Source of the DNA: Leptolyngbyaceae cyanobacterium
GTDB lineage: Bacteria > Cyanobacteriota > Cyanobacteriia > Phormidesmidales > Phormidesmidaceae
Assembly: GCA_965263355.1 (NCBI GenBank)
Contig: CBDHHL010000056.1
Location: forward strand, 2,467,867-2,531,866
Direction of reading: 5' to 3'
Length of the DNA stretch: 64,000 nucleotides
In this document: in pieces, positions 1 to 11,107 of the stretch
How positions within the stretch are numbered: the first letter of the stretch is position 1
Layout of the letters: the number at the start of each line of letters is the position of its first letter
The notes under the pieces: generated by a model
Seen by the model: the letters and a program-made list of their open reading frames with translations, nothing else
Database searches by the model: none
What the model was told of the DNA's origin: nothing
Made by a program: the position numbers and the translations under genes

Positions 1-718
1 CTCGCATTTTGGCTGTTGCCTGGAGTGCAGGTTGGTCCCAGCGCAGAAACGGGTTTGTTTGCTTCTCGATGCCCAGTAGCGATGGGACGGTTGGTTCCTG
101 ACGTTTACGGGCAGCTTGTACTTGCTGGTAGCGACTCTGCAAATCAGGGTTTTGGCTGTCTACAGTGACAGCAAACTTTAGGTTGTTAAGGGTATATTCG
201 TGGGCACACCACACACGGGTATTATCTGGCAACTGACGTAATTTACTTAAAGAATCAACCATTTGAGCAGGAGTCCCTTCAAACAGACGTCCACACCCCC
301 CAGCAAATAGGGTGTCGCCACAGAAAAGTTCGCCGGGTTGATGCTCGTCAACTGGTGCGAAGTAGTAGGCGATGTGGCCACGGGTATGGCCAGGGACAAA
401 GAAAATTTGGGCGGTTTGGCCACCAAACATGACGATATCGCCTTCAGTCAGGAAAATTTGCTGACCAGGAATACGGCCTCGATCTGCTTCGCTGCCGTAC
501 ACGGTAGCACTAGGATACTTGGCAAGTAGCTGACGGTTGCCACCAACGTGATCGCTATGGTGATGGGTATTGAAAATCGCAATGAGTGCCGCTCCCAATT
601 TATTTAGCTGATTGAGGACAGGCTGAGCCTCAGTGGGATCAACGACGGCTGCATTAGTGCCATCCTGCAGCAGAAAAATATAGTTATCTGACCAGGCGTT
701 AAGGCGATGGATCTGCAT
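1..718 (-). CDS. gloB: hydroxyacylglutathione hydrolase (glyoxalase II); 3' end runs off the window
   Basis: Manual translation from ATG 718: [17 protein letters not shown]...VVDP...[10 protein letters not shown]...[18 protein letters not shown], the metallo-beta-lactamase GloB motifs. Not in the ORF track because it is truncated by the window edge. Confidence 0.93.
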   Translation of the reverse strand, partial: MQIHRLNAWSDNYIFLLQDGTNAAVVDPTEAQPVLNQLNKLGAALIAIFNTHHHSDHVGGNRQLLAKYPSATVYGSEADRGRIPGQQIFLTEGDIVMFGGQTAQIFFVPGHTRGHIAYYFAPVDEHQPGELFCGDTLFAGGCGRLFEGTPAQMVDSLSKLRQLPDNTRVWCAHEYTLNNLKFAVTVDSQNPDLQSRYQQVQAARKRQEPTVPSLLGIEKQTNPFLRWDQPALQATAKMR

Positions 719-969
719 AACGTAATGGAAACGTGGATTACCTATAGTATGGAGGATCTATCGCATTCATGGATTTTATTGTGATCTAGGCTGCATATCT
801 AAATTGGCTCGCAGCTTAAAGTAAAAAACTTTCCCAAGGATACGAATCAGAGGTCAGGCATTAGGAATCATCCTTCAGCCTTCTACTAACTCCTGACCGC
901 CAGATGCTGAATTCTTCAGATGGGCAAGCCAAAGTCTGTAAAAATTTAGATGATAGACGCTCTGCTGCT

Positions 970-3006
970 ATGGCTTACTGTCTCAACTGCGATTATGCTC
1001 AAAATCCTGATCAGCATCGATATTGCATTCGGTGTGGGGCTTTGTTAGCCCTGAGGGGGCGTTTTGACATTGTGCGCCAGATTGGTCAGGGTGGGTTTGG
1101 TAAAACCTATTTGGCAGCAGATCTGGATAATCGCAAGAAGCCCTGCGTGGTTAAGCAGTTAGTCTATCAAGGGAACAGTACCCATGCTGTACAAGAAGCT
1201 CAGCGTTTATTTGAGCAAGAGGCAGAAAGATTAGATCAGCTGAGCAGTCATTCCCAAATTCCTCAATTGCTGGCGTACTTTGAGGATGATCGTTATTTAT
1301 ACCTGGTTCAGGAGTTTATCGAGGGGCAGGATCTACAGCAGGAATTGATGCAGCAGGGAGCCTTTAGTGAAGCTCAGATTTGGGAGATTCTGAAGGAGCT
1401 GTTACCGATTCTTGGGTTTATTCATGGACACCAGGTAATTCATCGGGACCTGAAGCCAGAAAATGTGATGCGGAGGGGGAGCGATCGCAAACTCTTCTTA
1501 ATCGATTTTGGTGTGGCCAAGCTATTGGCAGAACAGAATAATTGGGACAAAAGCAGTACCGTGGTCGGTACACCAGGCTATGCCGCTCCAGAGCAGATGA
1601 GAGGCAGAGTCCGTCCAGCCAGTGACCTGTTTAGTCTGGGTATGATTTGTTTTCATTTACTTACCCAAAAAGATATTTATCACTTGTTTCAGACATATGA
1701 TTACAGCTGGATAGAAAACTGGCAGCGGCATTTGAATGTCTCCATTAGTCAACGTTTAGAACATATCTTAGATAAACTCCTGCAACTTGATGAGAAAGAA
1801 CGTTATATCACTGCAGATGATGTCATCAAAGAGTTAGATGAGAATCACCCTGTTGGGCAAGGGTCTAAGGGACAATCACCGGGAATAAAACCCTTTTCAT
1901 GGACAGCAAGATCTACACGAACCTCGCTACAACGACAGGCTTCATTTTTTTCGCCGTCTGTTTATCAACGCTTAATTGTGCTGGGTGTTACATGCAGCTT
2001 AGCCACTGGTCTTTGGTTTTTACTTCGGCCTCAGCTTGATGTCGTATCTCCAGAGCTAGCGTTGCGTCAAGGTTTACCCAGCACTGCAGGTACAAGTTCT
2101 TCTCAGTCAGTTGTTGACAATTCTTCTCAGCCTGTTGCCGAAAGTTTTGCTCAAGTGCCCCAGGTACCTGCCGGAATCTTCAACTATGGCGGCAGTACCA
2201 CTTGGGCTCCCATTCGCGGTTCGGTGGATTTAGAGATCCAGACTGCGAGACCTGAGTTTCGTTTGCGGTATGTTCAGCCAGATGATGTGGAGCCCTCTAG
2301 CCAGGCAGGGTTAGACATGTTAGTAGAGGGTGAGGTTGCATTTTCCTTAGCGTCTCGTCTACCGACTAATGAGTTGATGGAAGAGCTTACAGCCAAGGGG
2401 ATACAAGTAAGACTAGTGCCTGTTGCAGAAAGCTTTGATGTGGCAGCAGTACACCAGGACTTACCAATCTCTCAATTAACCATTGACCAGCTCAATGCTA
2501 TTTTGGAAGGGAAAATTAGCAACTGGCGTACGGTAAATGGGCCTGATTTAGCCATCACACGGTTTGACCGCCAAGTAAATGAGGCGTTTGAAGATACGCG
2601 CCCCAACCTTGAAAGTGAAAATATACAAATTTTTTCGACTCCTTCTGAGGCAATCCGTCAATTAGCAAGCACGCCAGGAGGTATCTATGTGCATACGGCA
2701 GCGGTATTGATTCCCCAATGTTCAATTAAAACAGTGCCTTTGGTAAACGCAGCGGGACAAAAAATTGTTCCTTACCAAGAACCTGCTGTTCCAGTTTCGC
2801 AGTGTCCAGCCCAGAGAAATCAAGTCAATCTGGCTGAATTGGGTAGTGGTAATTACTCGCGACAGTTAAGCGATACGCTCTATGTGGTGATTAATCAGAA
2901 TGGTGGTATTGAGCAACAAGTGGGTGAAGCGTATGCCAATTTTTTACTCTCGGATGAAGGACAAAAGCTGTTGGAAAAAGCTGGATATTTGAGAATTCGG
3001 CGATGA
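970..3006 (+). CDS. Ser/Thr protein kinase with a TM helix and a C-terminal PstS-like periplasmic binding domain
   Basis: 4-Cys N-terminus, GQGGFGKT, HRDLKPEN, DFG, GTPGYAAPE; hydrophobic segment; GGSTTWAP PBP-like C-terminus. Confidence 0.9.
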   Translation: MAYCLNCDYAQNPDQHRYCIRCGALLALRGRFDIVRQIGQGGFGKTYLAADLDNRKKPCVVKQLVYQGNSTHAVQEAQRLFEQEAERLDQLSSHSQIPQLLAYFEDDRYLYLVQEFIEGQDLQQELMQQGAFSEAQIWEILKELLPILGFIHGHQVIHRDLKPENVMRRGSDRKLFLIDFGVAKLLAEQNNWDKSSTVVGTPGYAAPEQMRGRVRPASDLFSLGMICFHLLTQKDIYHLFQTYDYSWIENWQRHLNVSISQRLEHILDKLLQLDEKERYITADDVIKELDENHPVGQGSKGQSPGIKPFSWTARSTRTSLQRQASFFSPSVYQRLIVLGVTCSLATGLWFLLRPQLDVVSPELALRQGLPSTAGTSSSQSVVDNSSQPVAESFAQVPQVPAGIFNYGGSTTWAPIRGSVDLEIQTARPEFRLRYVQPDDVEPSSQAGLDMLVEGEVAFSLASRLPTNELMEELTAKGIQVRLVPVAESFDVAAVHQDLPISQLTIDQLNAILEGKISNWRTVNGPDLAITRFDRQVNEAFEDTRPNLESENIQIFSTPSEAIRQLASTPGGIYVHTAAVLIPQCSIKTVPLVNAAGQKIVPYQEPAVPVSQCPAQRNQVNLAELGSGNYSRQLSDTLYVVINQNGGIEQQVGEAYANFLLSDEGQKLLEKAGYLRIRR

Positions 3007-3017
3007 TTGAGACTGGT

Positions 3018-4202
3018 CTATGATGTTAACTCTTTGATACCTTGTACGAGTCTATCCACGCCTAACGATGCATTTTCTAGGGTGAGATTGCCATAGGAAA
3101 TTCTGAGATAACAACCATGGTGCATACCAAATGCTTGTCCAGGGATGACGGCGACCTTATACGTCTCTACTAGCTGTTTAACCAAATCTAAATCTGATAA
3201 ATCCGAATCGACCTTGATAAAGAAATAAAATGCGCCATCAGGAACAACTATCTGACAATTTCCAGGCAAATTCTCCAGCTGTTGAAGAATACGCTCTCTA
3301 ACTTTTGAGATTACTGACAAATGTTCAGAAAGATACGCAGCATCAACATTTAATGCGCCTAGGGCTGCGTATTGCGAAATAACTGGAGGACAAATTAAAT
3401 TAGTGTCTTGTATTTTCAAAATTGATGGCAACAACTTTTTAGGAATAACCATATACCCAATTCGCCAACTGGCAAATCCATAGGTTTTAGACAGGCTAAA
3501 TAGGGAAATTGTGTGGGCTACACTGTTAGGAAAAGAAGCAGGAGAGGTATGTTTTACGTTGTTATAAGTAAAATATTCATAGGCTTCATCACTAATATGA
3601 TAGATGCCTGCCTCTTGACAGATTTGACTAATTTCTCTCAGAGTAGACGCATCATAAACAACTCCAGTCGGATTATTCGGAGAAATAGTAACTATCGCTT
3701 TTGTTTTAGATGTAATTGATTTGCGCAATTCATCTATTTGCGGATAATAGTTTGTATCAGTTTGAACTGCTACAGGATGACAACTAATCATGCCAATTGC
3801 CATCTCATGATTAAAGTAATAAGGAGTGTTTAAGATAATTTCATCTCCGGCATGGGTAATGGCTAATATGGCATTTAAGAATCCCATATTGCTACCAGCA
3901 GTAACGACGATACAATTATCATTGCCGATATCAATTTGGTTATCTCGGTATAATTTTTGCTGGATGCTATTTAACAGTTTAGGGATACCAATAGTTGCCT
4001 GATATTTGTGCGCTTGGGGGTAAGCTAAAAAGTCTTGAATTGCTTTGATGGCATGATTAGGTGGAACATATGAAACCACACCTTGATCTAACGGGATAGT
4101 GCCGGGATTTTTTTGGATAAGTTCTTTAATTAATGGAATTATGGGAGTCTGTATACTTTCCATACGAGAGTATACGGTACTAGCAGTTGCAGCCATGTTC
4201 AT
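3018..4202 (-). CDS. class I/II PLP-dependent aminotransferase
   Basis: SPNNPTG, SDEAY, SLSKTYGFASWRIG (PLP lysine). Confidence 0.9.
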   Translation of the reverse strand: MNMAATASTVYSRMESIQTPIIPLIKELIQKNPGTIPLDQGVVSYVPPNHAIKAIQDFLAYPQAHKYQATIGIPKLLNSIQQKLYRDNQIDIGNDNCIVVTAGSNMGFLNAILAITHAGDEIILNTPYYFNHEMAIGMISCHPVAVQTDTNYYPQIDELRKSITSKTKAIVTISPNNPTGVVYDASTLREISQICQEAGIYHISDEAYEYFTYNNVKHTSPASFPNSVAHTISLFSLSKTYGFASWRIGYMVIPKKLLPSILKIQDTNLICPPVISQYAALGALNVDAAYLSEHLSVISKVRERILQQLENLPGNCQIVVPDGAFYFFIKVDSDLSDLDLVKQLVETYKVAVIPGQAFGMHHGCYLRISYGNLTLENASLGVDRLVQGIKELTS

Positions 4203-4296
4203 TGAATATTACTTTGCATATTCCTAATATCTCATAAGCAAGCGTTGACGTAAGGGGCCGTTGATCAAGCAACTGTCCAAGAGGCTCAATCGTCTT

Positions 4297-4365
4297 GAGC
4301 CCCCAACACCTTTAATTTTGGGGGCTTTGAGTATTGTCCCCCAGAATTGGGGGACGAGGGGGACC
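4297..4365. repeat. REP-like palindromic element
   Basis: GAGCCCCCAA..TTGGGGGCT and GTCCCCCAGAATTGGGGGAC hairpins, of a kind common in cyanobacterial intergenic DNA. Confidence 0.6.
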
Positions 4366-4544
4366 TAGATAACCGTTGATTTCCTTTACACAACTCTTAT
4401 TACTAGAATGTTCGGTAAAAGAATCAGCTCTACAGTATTAGCCTAAGGAGGCCTAGATAACTGATAGCTATTTGGCAACACCTTGAATGGCATCCCAAAC
4501 GCTCCGTCAACGGTCTAGTCAGACTCACACATGCTAAGCGTTGT

Positions 4545-6695
4545 TTACCCAGCCGTAGTAAAGTCTTCTGCGGTCAGAGTGCCATTAAAGTTGGTCAACT
4601 CAACTAAGACATCATTTCCGGTCGATAACCAGGTCTTATTATTTCTGCTGGCCTGCTCTAGGGCTCCAAAGCTCAGCCCGTCAGACAGTTCCAACATATC
4701 GGTGCCATGCTCAAAGTCTCTGATGATTAAAACACCACTACCCTGGTTCAATACAAAGGTATCACTGCCGCCTTTACCAAAGGCCACATCAAAGTCTTTA
4801 GCCGTACCTAAATCAAGACGATCATCACCAGAACCAGCGTGCACTTTGTCATTACCAGTGCCGGTGAGAATATCTTTATTGCCATCTGACACGCCATTGG
4901 AGGACTGAACATAGATTTTGTTGTTGCCATTGCCAGCATCAACGCTATTTTGGCCTTTACCAAGCTTAATAAAGTCATTTCCGTCTCCAGCAACGACATC
5001 GTAATCACTGGTTTTAGGACTATTAGGGCTAGTTTCGGCATCTACCGTAGGCCCTTCACTATCATTATCATTCTGATTTACATCATCAACAACATTGTTG
5101 TCAGCTTGTGGCTTATCAACATTCTTGGAGGTATCAGCCCCTGAGGTCACAAAGTCGTTTGCCGTTAAGGTACCAGTAAAGTTTGTCAATTCAACTAAGG
5201 TATCACCCCCTGCTGACAGCCAGGTTTTACCATTTTTGGTAGTCTGGTCTATATCTGCAAATGTCAGGCCCTTCAGCTTTAGTTTATCGGTACCCTGGGC
5301 AAAATCTCTAATGCTTAAGAAGCCCTTACCCTGGTTTACAACAAATGTATCACTGCCGCCTTTACCAAAGGCCACGTCATAGTTTGTCGCTGTACCTAGA
5401 TCCAGATAATCATCGCCAGATCCAGCGTGTGCTTTGTCATTACCTGTGCCTGCCAGAATAGTTTTAGGGCTATTGGAAGACTGGACATAGATCTTGTTAT
5501 TGCCATTGCCAGCATCGACGCTATCCTGGCCTTTACCCAATCTAATCACGTCATTCCCATTCCCAGAGATGACATCGTAGTCACCAGTGTTACCTTGATT
5601 AGAGTTATTACCACCACCGACATTAGAATTGGCGTTGTTATCACCATCTTGGGTGTTATCAACACTATCCTGACCGTTACCTGTGTCTAAACTGTCCTGG
5701 GGATCTGGTTTGGGTGTTTTAGTAGGCGCGTCCTGTAACCCTGCCAAAAGACCATTGACAGCTTGTTTAGGCCGATAGTTTTCATCAAAGGGCAGAGCAT
5801 CGTCATATCCCTTGAAGAAATCAGGGATCCAGGAGTAACGATCGGTAACTCCCCAGATGGTGACTGAATCGCAATTACCTGCGTCTGCACAGGTCTCGAC
5901 AATTGTCTGATAAATTTTTGCCTGGTTAGCTAGTTTTGCAGCCGTCGCAGGTTGTTTAACACGTACATCAGCCTCTGTAAACTCAACGTCTAAACCCAAC
6001 TTGCCAAGACGTTTCATATTTTCTGCAACACTCTTGAAGTTACGAGGATCGTCTTCAGACATGTGCATTTGAAAGCCCACACCATGAATAGGTACACCTT
6101 TGGCTTTTAAGTCAGATACTAATTGATAGACTCTGTTAGATTTTTTGTTGACTTCCTCAGCTCTATAGTCGTTGTACAGTAATTTAGCGTTGGGATCGGC
6201 TTCGTGGGCCCACTTGAAGGCAAGTTCTATGTATTCTGGACCAATCTTTTGTAGCCAAAATGAATTACGTAATTTGCCATCATCACCAACGGCTTCATTC
6301 ACTACATCCCACACTTTGATTTGTCCCTTATAGCGACCCACCACGGTCTTGATGTGGGTTTCTAGAATATCTAGGAGTTCTTGACGACTCCAGTTGCCGT
6401 TCTCGAGCCATTGTGGATTAGAAATATGCCAAACGAGCGCATGCCCCCTGAGATCCATATCGTTTTGATTAGCAAAACTCATTAAGGCATCCGAATCGCG
6501 AAAGTTAAACTTTCCCTTTTCAGGCTGCATAAACCGGAACTTCATTTCGTATTCAGCGGTAATGCTGTTAAACTCTCTCGCCACCGTCTCTCGGTACTGT
6601 TGATCGTCGCGAATACGATTGATTTTGACCGCTGCACCGATGGTCATATTTTTCTTATCGGCTGCGGAACGCAATGTGCTGTCAGTATTATTCAT
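4545..6695 (-). CDS. GH10 endo-1,4-beta-xylanase with C-terminal RTX-like Ca-binding repeats
   Basis: ITAEYEMK, RGHALVWH, WDVVNE, YNDY, GFQMH, FTEADV; duplicated G-G-D-rich C-terminal module. ORF track start is 6758; ATG 6695 preferred. Confidence 0.9.
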   Translation of the reverse strand: MNNTDSTLRSAADKKNMTIGAAVKINRIRDDQQYRETVAREFNSITAEYEMKFRFMQPEKGKFNFRDSDALMSFANQNDMDLRGHALVWHISNPQWLENGNWSRQELLDILETHIKTVVGRYKGQIKVWDVVNEAVGDDGKLRNSFWLQKIGPEYIELAFKWAHEADPNAKLLYNDYRAEEVNKKSNRVYQLVSDLKAKGVPIHGVGFQMHMSEDDPRNFKSVAENMKRLGKLGLDVEFTEADVRVKQPATAAKLANQAKIYQTIVETCADAGNCDSVTIWGVTDRYSWIPDFFKGYDDALPFDENYRPKQAVNGLLAGLQDAPTKTPKPDPQDSLDTGNGQDSVDNTQDGDNNANSNVGGGNNSNQGNTGDYDVISGNGNDVIRLGKGQDSVDAGNGNNKIYVQSSNSPKTILAGTGNDKAHAGSGDDYLDLGTATNYDVAFGKGGSDTFVVNQGKGFLSIRDFAQGTDKLKLKGLTFADIDQTTKNGKTWLSAGGDTLVELTNFTGTLTANDFVTSGADTSKNVDKPQADNNVVDDVNQNDNDSEGPTVDAETSPNSPKTSDYDVVAGDGNDFIKLGKGQNSVDAGNGNNKIYVQSSNGVSDGNKDILTGTGNDKVHAGSGDDRLDLGTAKDFDVAFGKGGSDTFVLNQGSGVLIIRDFEHGTDMLELSDGLSFGALEQASRNNKTWLSTGNDVLVELTNFNGTLTAEDFTTAG

Positions 6696-7705
6696 AATGA
6701 AGTGAGTTATCTCTTTGATTCTGTTTTTAGCCAAGCGTTTGCTACGATCCCATGGCACCGTCCCATCGTGAAAGCCTCACAACAGAAGATACTCTTGTGT
6801 CAAATGCAACCTGTAGCAGGAGACTTTGTATAAGCGCATCGAGATTCTAGAGCCGCTTTTCAGTTGCTCTCAACCCCAGACGGATAAAAGAAGCGCATCA
6901 TCAAAGGCCTCTTACATGCAGACAGGTAACAAATTAGTTAAATTATGAAGATCGATATGTTGCCAAATATTGAGCGTTGTCTTTAAGTGCGCAAAGCATC
7001 TCTTGTGCTTTGCAAGATGATTGTTAGAACACACTTCAAACAAGTTATCTCGAATGGGGCCTAATGGCAGCTGCTTAGAATGAAAAGATTATGAGCGTTT
7101 AATGAAGAAGCGCGTTTAATGGCGATTAAATTACTTTTTAATGAAATCCGGAAAAAGTACCGAGATCTTTTGTGATAGAGATGATGTCTAGCAACACTCT
7201 AAAGAGCACATCAGTCATACGTAGATTCAATGAAGAATATAGCCTGCCGTGATAGCTGAACCTTATTAATTATAATGATTTCAAGATACTAGATGCTGAT
7301 GAAAAATTTGTCGTAAAAAAACTTTCCTGTGATATCTAGCACTGTTTTTTGAATAACAGAACACCTAATTCTGTGGCAAGCCTGTTTTTTAGAGTGAGAA
7401 TATCAAATCACTGTTGCCTGACTAAGAGCCACTTTGCAAAGTGGCACATATTCGAGAGAGCGTTATCATTTATGTTGTGAAACTGTAAATCTTCTACCAA
7501 GTTAGTAGTGTTATAAAATCGACTATTTTCTCTTTTTAGACAAATAATTGGTCTCAGTTGACGATCTGAATCTGGGATTTTTTTGCGGATCTTGTTAAGA
7601 TACATCCCATCACGAATGTATCTATCCTCACCAGTCCTTTCGCTCCGAGTCTCAAGGAGGCACTTACCCTGATATCTTGTAAGCAGATGTGTCTTCTGGT
7701 GCAGC

Positions 7706-8428
7706 GTGGTCCCTATTCGCGACGAAAACCCGGTTCAGATTACGCCCTATGCAACTTACGGGCTAATCGTCCTTAACGTTTTAGTCTTCATCTATGAACT
7801 GACGCTGTCGTCGCCTATGGAGTTGACGGTGCTTTTCCACACTTGGGCGGTAGTGCCAGAGCAGCTGACAGAAAGTTTTTTTGGTGGTCGGTCCATTCCG
7901 TTCGATCTCTATGAATGGTCCACACTGTTTACCAGTCAGTTTCTCCATGCGGGTCCCCTGCATCTGGCTGGTAACATGCTGTACCTGTGGATTTTTGGTA
8001 ATAACGTCGAAGAACAGTTGGGTCGGGCTCGATATCTGTTGCTTTATCTGGGTTGTGGTGTCCTGGCTGCATTGACCCAGTGGTACTTTGGCATGTTTTC
8101 TGAAGTACCGTCATTGGGGGCCAGTGGCGCGATCGCAGGTGTCATGGGGGCCTACATCTTCAGATTTCCGACGGTGCGGATTCTGACCATTGTGCCATTA
8201 GGGTTTATATTCCTACCCTTTAGAATTCCAGCCATCTTCTACCTAGGCTTCTGGTTTCTACAGCAAGCCGCCTACAGCATTGCTAGCCTTAGCATCCCGA
8301 CCAATGTTGGGATGGCGGATGGGGGAATTGCCTATTGGGCCCATGCCGGCGGATTTGTATTTGGGGCGCTCTTAGGGCCAGCACTAGGCCTATTTGACGA
8401 CGCTGATGACGAGATTCAGCAAGTGTAG
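7706..8428 (+). CDS. rhomboid family intramembrane serine protease
   Basis: HLAGNM, GASGA, AHAGG motifs. Confidence 0.93.
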   Translation: MVPIRDENPVQITPYATYGLIVLNVLVFIYELTLSSPMELTVLFHTWAVVPEQLTESFFGGRSIPFDLYEWSTLFTSQFLHAGPLHLAGNMLYLWIFGNNVEEQLGRARYLLLYLGCGVLAALTQWYFGMFSEVPSLGASGAIAGVMGAYIFRFPTVRILTIVPLGFIFLPFRIPAIFYLGFWFLQQAAYSIASLSIPTNVGMADGGIAYWAHAGGFVFGALLGPALGLFDDADDEIQQV

Positions 8429-8446
8429 ATTCTGATTTTAATAACG

Positions 8447-9694
8447 ATGTTTCGAATCGATCGACGGCTGCTGCGAGCTAAAACTATTTGTCACTTGATG
8501 ACAATGGGAAGTGCGATCGCACTTTTCGGAACCCTGGGTTGCGCCACACCCCCCACATCATCACCTACTGATACATCGACCAAAACCACGGCTACTGCTA
8601 TTACGCAGGTATCACCGTCTGACGGTAACCCAGGCTTCCAGATGGTAACTATATTGGAAAACCTGGAACATCCATGGGGCCTGACCTGGCTACCAGACGG
8701 CAACCTGCTGATTACTGAGCGATCAGGGCGCTTGCGCATTGCCCGCGATGGTGTGCTAGATCCGACACCGATTTCTGGACTCCCTGCCGATATTTTTGCG
8801 GAGAACCAGGGGGGATTACTGGATATTGCCGTACATCCCCGCTTTAACGAAAACCGCCTGGTTTATTTTTCCTATTCCCACGGAACAACGTCAGCCAACC
8901 GCACCCGCATCGCCCGAGCTACCTTTGATGCCAATTCCCTAAGCAATTGGCAAGTCATTTTTGAAGTTTCCCAAACAAAAGATCGAGGACAGCACTTTGG
9001 ATCTCGTCTGGTCTGGTTGCCCGATGAGACCCTACTGGCCTCCATTGGAGACGGCGGCAATCCTCCCATTCAACTCGACGGTGAACTCATCCGCCAGCAG
9101 GCCCAGAACCTTGACAGCCACCTGGGTAAGGTGATCCGCATAAACGATGATGGGTCTATCCCAGAGGATAATCCCTTTGCCAACGATGCCGTCGCCGCAC
9201 CAGAAGTTTGGAGCTATGGGCACCGCAATATGCAAGGTCTCGCATTTGATCCAACTACAAACCAGGTATGGGCCACAGAGCATGGTGCTCGTGGCGGCGA
9301 TGAGGTAAATCGGCTTGAAGCTGGGGCCAACTATGGGTGGCCAGTGGCCACCCATAGCCGCGAATATTCAGGCGGACTGATTTCCCCAGAAACATCACTG
9401 CCAGGGATGATGGACCCTAAGGTAATCTGGACACCGTCAATCGCCCCCTCTGGACTAGCAGTCTACACAGGTGATTCTTTTCCCGCATGGCAAGGTGATT
9501 TGTTTGCGGGTGGCCTCGTCTCCCAAGATATTCGCCATCTAGAAGTAGATGATGCAGGCAACCTTGTGACGGAAACATCTATTGCCATTGGTCAGCGGGT
9601 GCGCGATGTGCAACAGGGGCCAGATGGCCTCTTATATGTTCTAACCGACGAGTCGAATGGGCAACTTATTCGGTTTGAGCCCGTAGAAGAATGA
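8447..9694 (+). CDS. PQQ-dependent sugar (glucose/sorbosone) dehydrogenase, probable lipoprotein
   Basis: LEHPW, QGGLLD, HFGSRL, SYGHRN, EHGARGGDE, NYGWP; LGC lipobox. Confidence 0.9.
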   Translation: MFRIDRRLLRAKTICHLMTMGSAIALFGTLGCATPPTSSPTDTSTKTTATAITQVSPSDGNPGFQMVTILENLEHPWGLTWLPDGNLLITERSGRLRIARDGVLDPTPISGLPADIFAENQGGLLDIAVHPRFNENRLVYFSYSHGTTSANRTRIARATFDANSLSNWQVIFEVSQTKDRGQHFGSRLVWLPDETLLASIGDGGNPPIQLDGELIRQQAQNLDSHLGKVIRINDDGSIPEDNPFANDAVAAPEVWSYGHRNMQGLAFDPTTNQVWATEHGARGGDEVNRLEAGANYGWPVATHSREYSGGLISPETSLPGMMDPKVIWTPSIAPSGLAVYTGDSFPAWQGDLFAGGLVSQDIRHLEVDDAGNLVTETSIAIGQRVRDVQQGPDGLLYVLTDESNGQLIRFEPVEE

Positions 9695-9712
9695 GTGAGC
9701 AGAATCCAAGCC

Positions 9713-10963
9713 TCAAGCGGCGGCACATCTATCCTTAGGTAAGTAGTTCACCCAGGGGGCATTTAAGGCGAGTGCCACATTCATATATTCAAACGACTGC
9801 ACAAGCCAGTCAATCGAATCGACTGACGATTGCTCCCACATGTGAAACAAGATTCCAAAGCGATCTTCAAACCAGGAACGTACCGTACGCTTGAATAAAA
9901 CGATCTTTAAAAGCACTGCCGTCAGTGCCTGGTGACCCACTGTTTTGATTAAATGTTTAAATTGACCAACGTCAGGGCGCTCTAATGTATTACACACCAA
10001 CATCTTTAACAACCGACTGCATATGTAGGTAATGGAAGCATCGGTAATGGGGGCTGTTTCTGCTCCCAAGCTCTCCACTAAGGCAGTTTTCACCGCACTA
10101 CTAAACCGATTCGTCTTAAATCGTGGGTTAGCCTCTACAAATGGCTCCATAACATAGTCATGGAAATGGGCAAGAAAATCCTCCCTTTTCTGACGAGAAC
10201 GGTAAAACTTATCCAACTCAGTTGCCTGCTTTACGTAACTTCCATTTCTACCAGGGTGAAATGCCCAAATCGCATCCTTGAGATGCTCATCAGATAATCG
10301 TGTAGGATTCACTGGCATTAAGCCCTGCTGATAATCATTCCAGTACTTATTAAGACGTTCGTTGAGATGCTGTGCCTGATGCCTTCGCTGTAGCTGAATA
10401 CTTTTACGTTGATGCAACGGAACATCGCGGGTAACGGCAGCTGACTCATAAATAAAGAAGTAATCTTTAAAACAACTGGCAAAGGATGAACAGTCTTCTT
10501 CCTGGGGGGTGTCCCAGAGCAAACGCATCTGGCGCTGTAGCGGTACATAAAGATTGTCATTGCTGACGTAGCCATCCATCGCATCTATCAGCTGCTTGAC
10601 CCGCCGATCCCTTGGACGTTTCTCAGGAATCTCGTTGGCTCTCAAAATTAATTCCCGCAACTGGGCATGGCGGCCAGTATCCAGACGCCAAATGTTACCA
10701 ATCGTGTAAAAGCAACGATTAATCACATAGGGCAAAATTTCATCAGCCTTAGGAGACTCCAAGATATGCAATAGTGCAGGGCGTACCGAGTTAGAATCCA
10801 ACTCTGGTAGAGTAACATTAGCTTTGAAAAGCAGACCATAAAATGCATCGATGGCTTGCTGAGCATCCTCTATCCTGGCAAGCTGCCGCACATAGCCATA
10901 AACTATACGCTCTGCTCGAGTAGCTGGTCGGTTAGCAAAAAATTCACCGTCGGTGGAGTACAT
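9713..10963 (-). CDS. hypothetical protein, 416 aa
   Basis: Long ORF resembling an uncharacterised helical family from filamentous cyanobacteria; no catalytic motif recognised. Confidence 0.7.
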   Translation of the reverse strand: MYSTDGEFFANRPATRAERIVYGYVRQLARIEDAQQAIDAFYGLLFKANVTLPELDSNSVRPALLHILESPKADEILPYVINRCFYTIGNIWRLDTGRHAQLRELILRANEIPEKRPRDRRVKQLIDAMDGYVSNDNLYVPLQRQMRLLWDTPQEEDCSSFASCFKDYFFIYESAAVTRDVPLHQRKSIQLQRRHQAQHLNERLNKYWNDYQQGLMPVNPTRLSDEHLKDAIWAFHPGRNGSYVKQATELDKFYRSRQKREDFLAHFHDYVMEPFVEANPRFKTNRFSSAVKTALVESLGAETAPITDASITYICSRLLKMLVCNTLERPDVGQFKHLIKTVGHQALTAVLLKIVLFKRTVRSWFEDRFGILFHMWEQSSVDSIDWLVQSFEYMNVALALNAPWVNYLPKDRCAAA

Positions 10964-11107
10964 TGAACGTCAGGTCCCTGTTAAACCTATTCTGATGAGA
11001 CTACGTATCTATATACTTAAGTGTTAGCGCAATTTATACGAAAATTCTAGTGTTTTTTCGTATGTCTTGCTGCATTGTTCAGGGTTCGTAACATCTCCAC
11101 GATTACT

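Noticed and set aside
4531..5690. Plus-strand ORFs opposite the xylanase tail
   Set aside because: Antisense shadows of the repeat region.
6760..7700. Riboswitch or ncRNA in the long intergenic region
   Set aside because: Only short hairpins were seen and no family consensus was recognised; an Rfam search would be needed.
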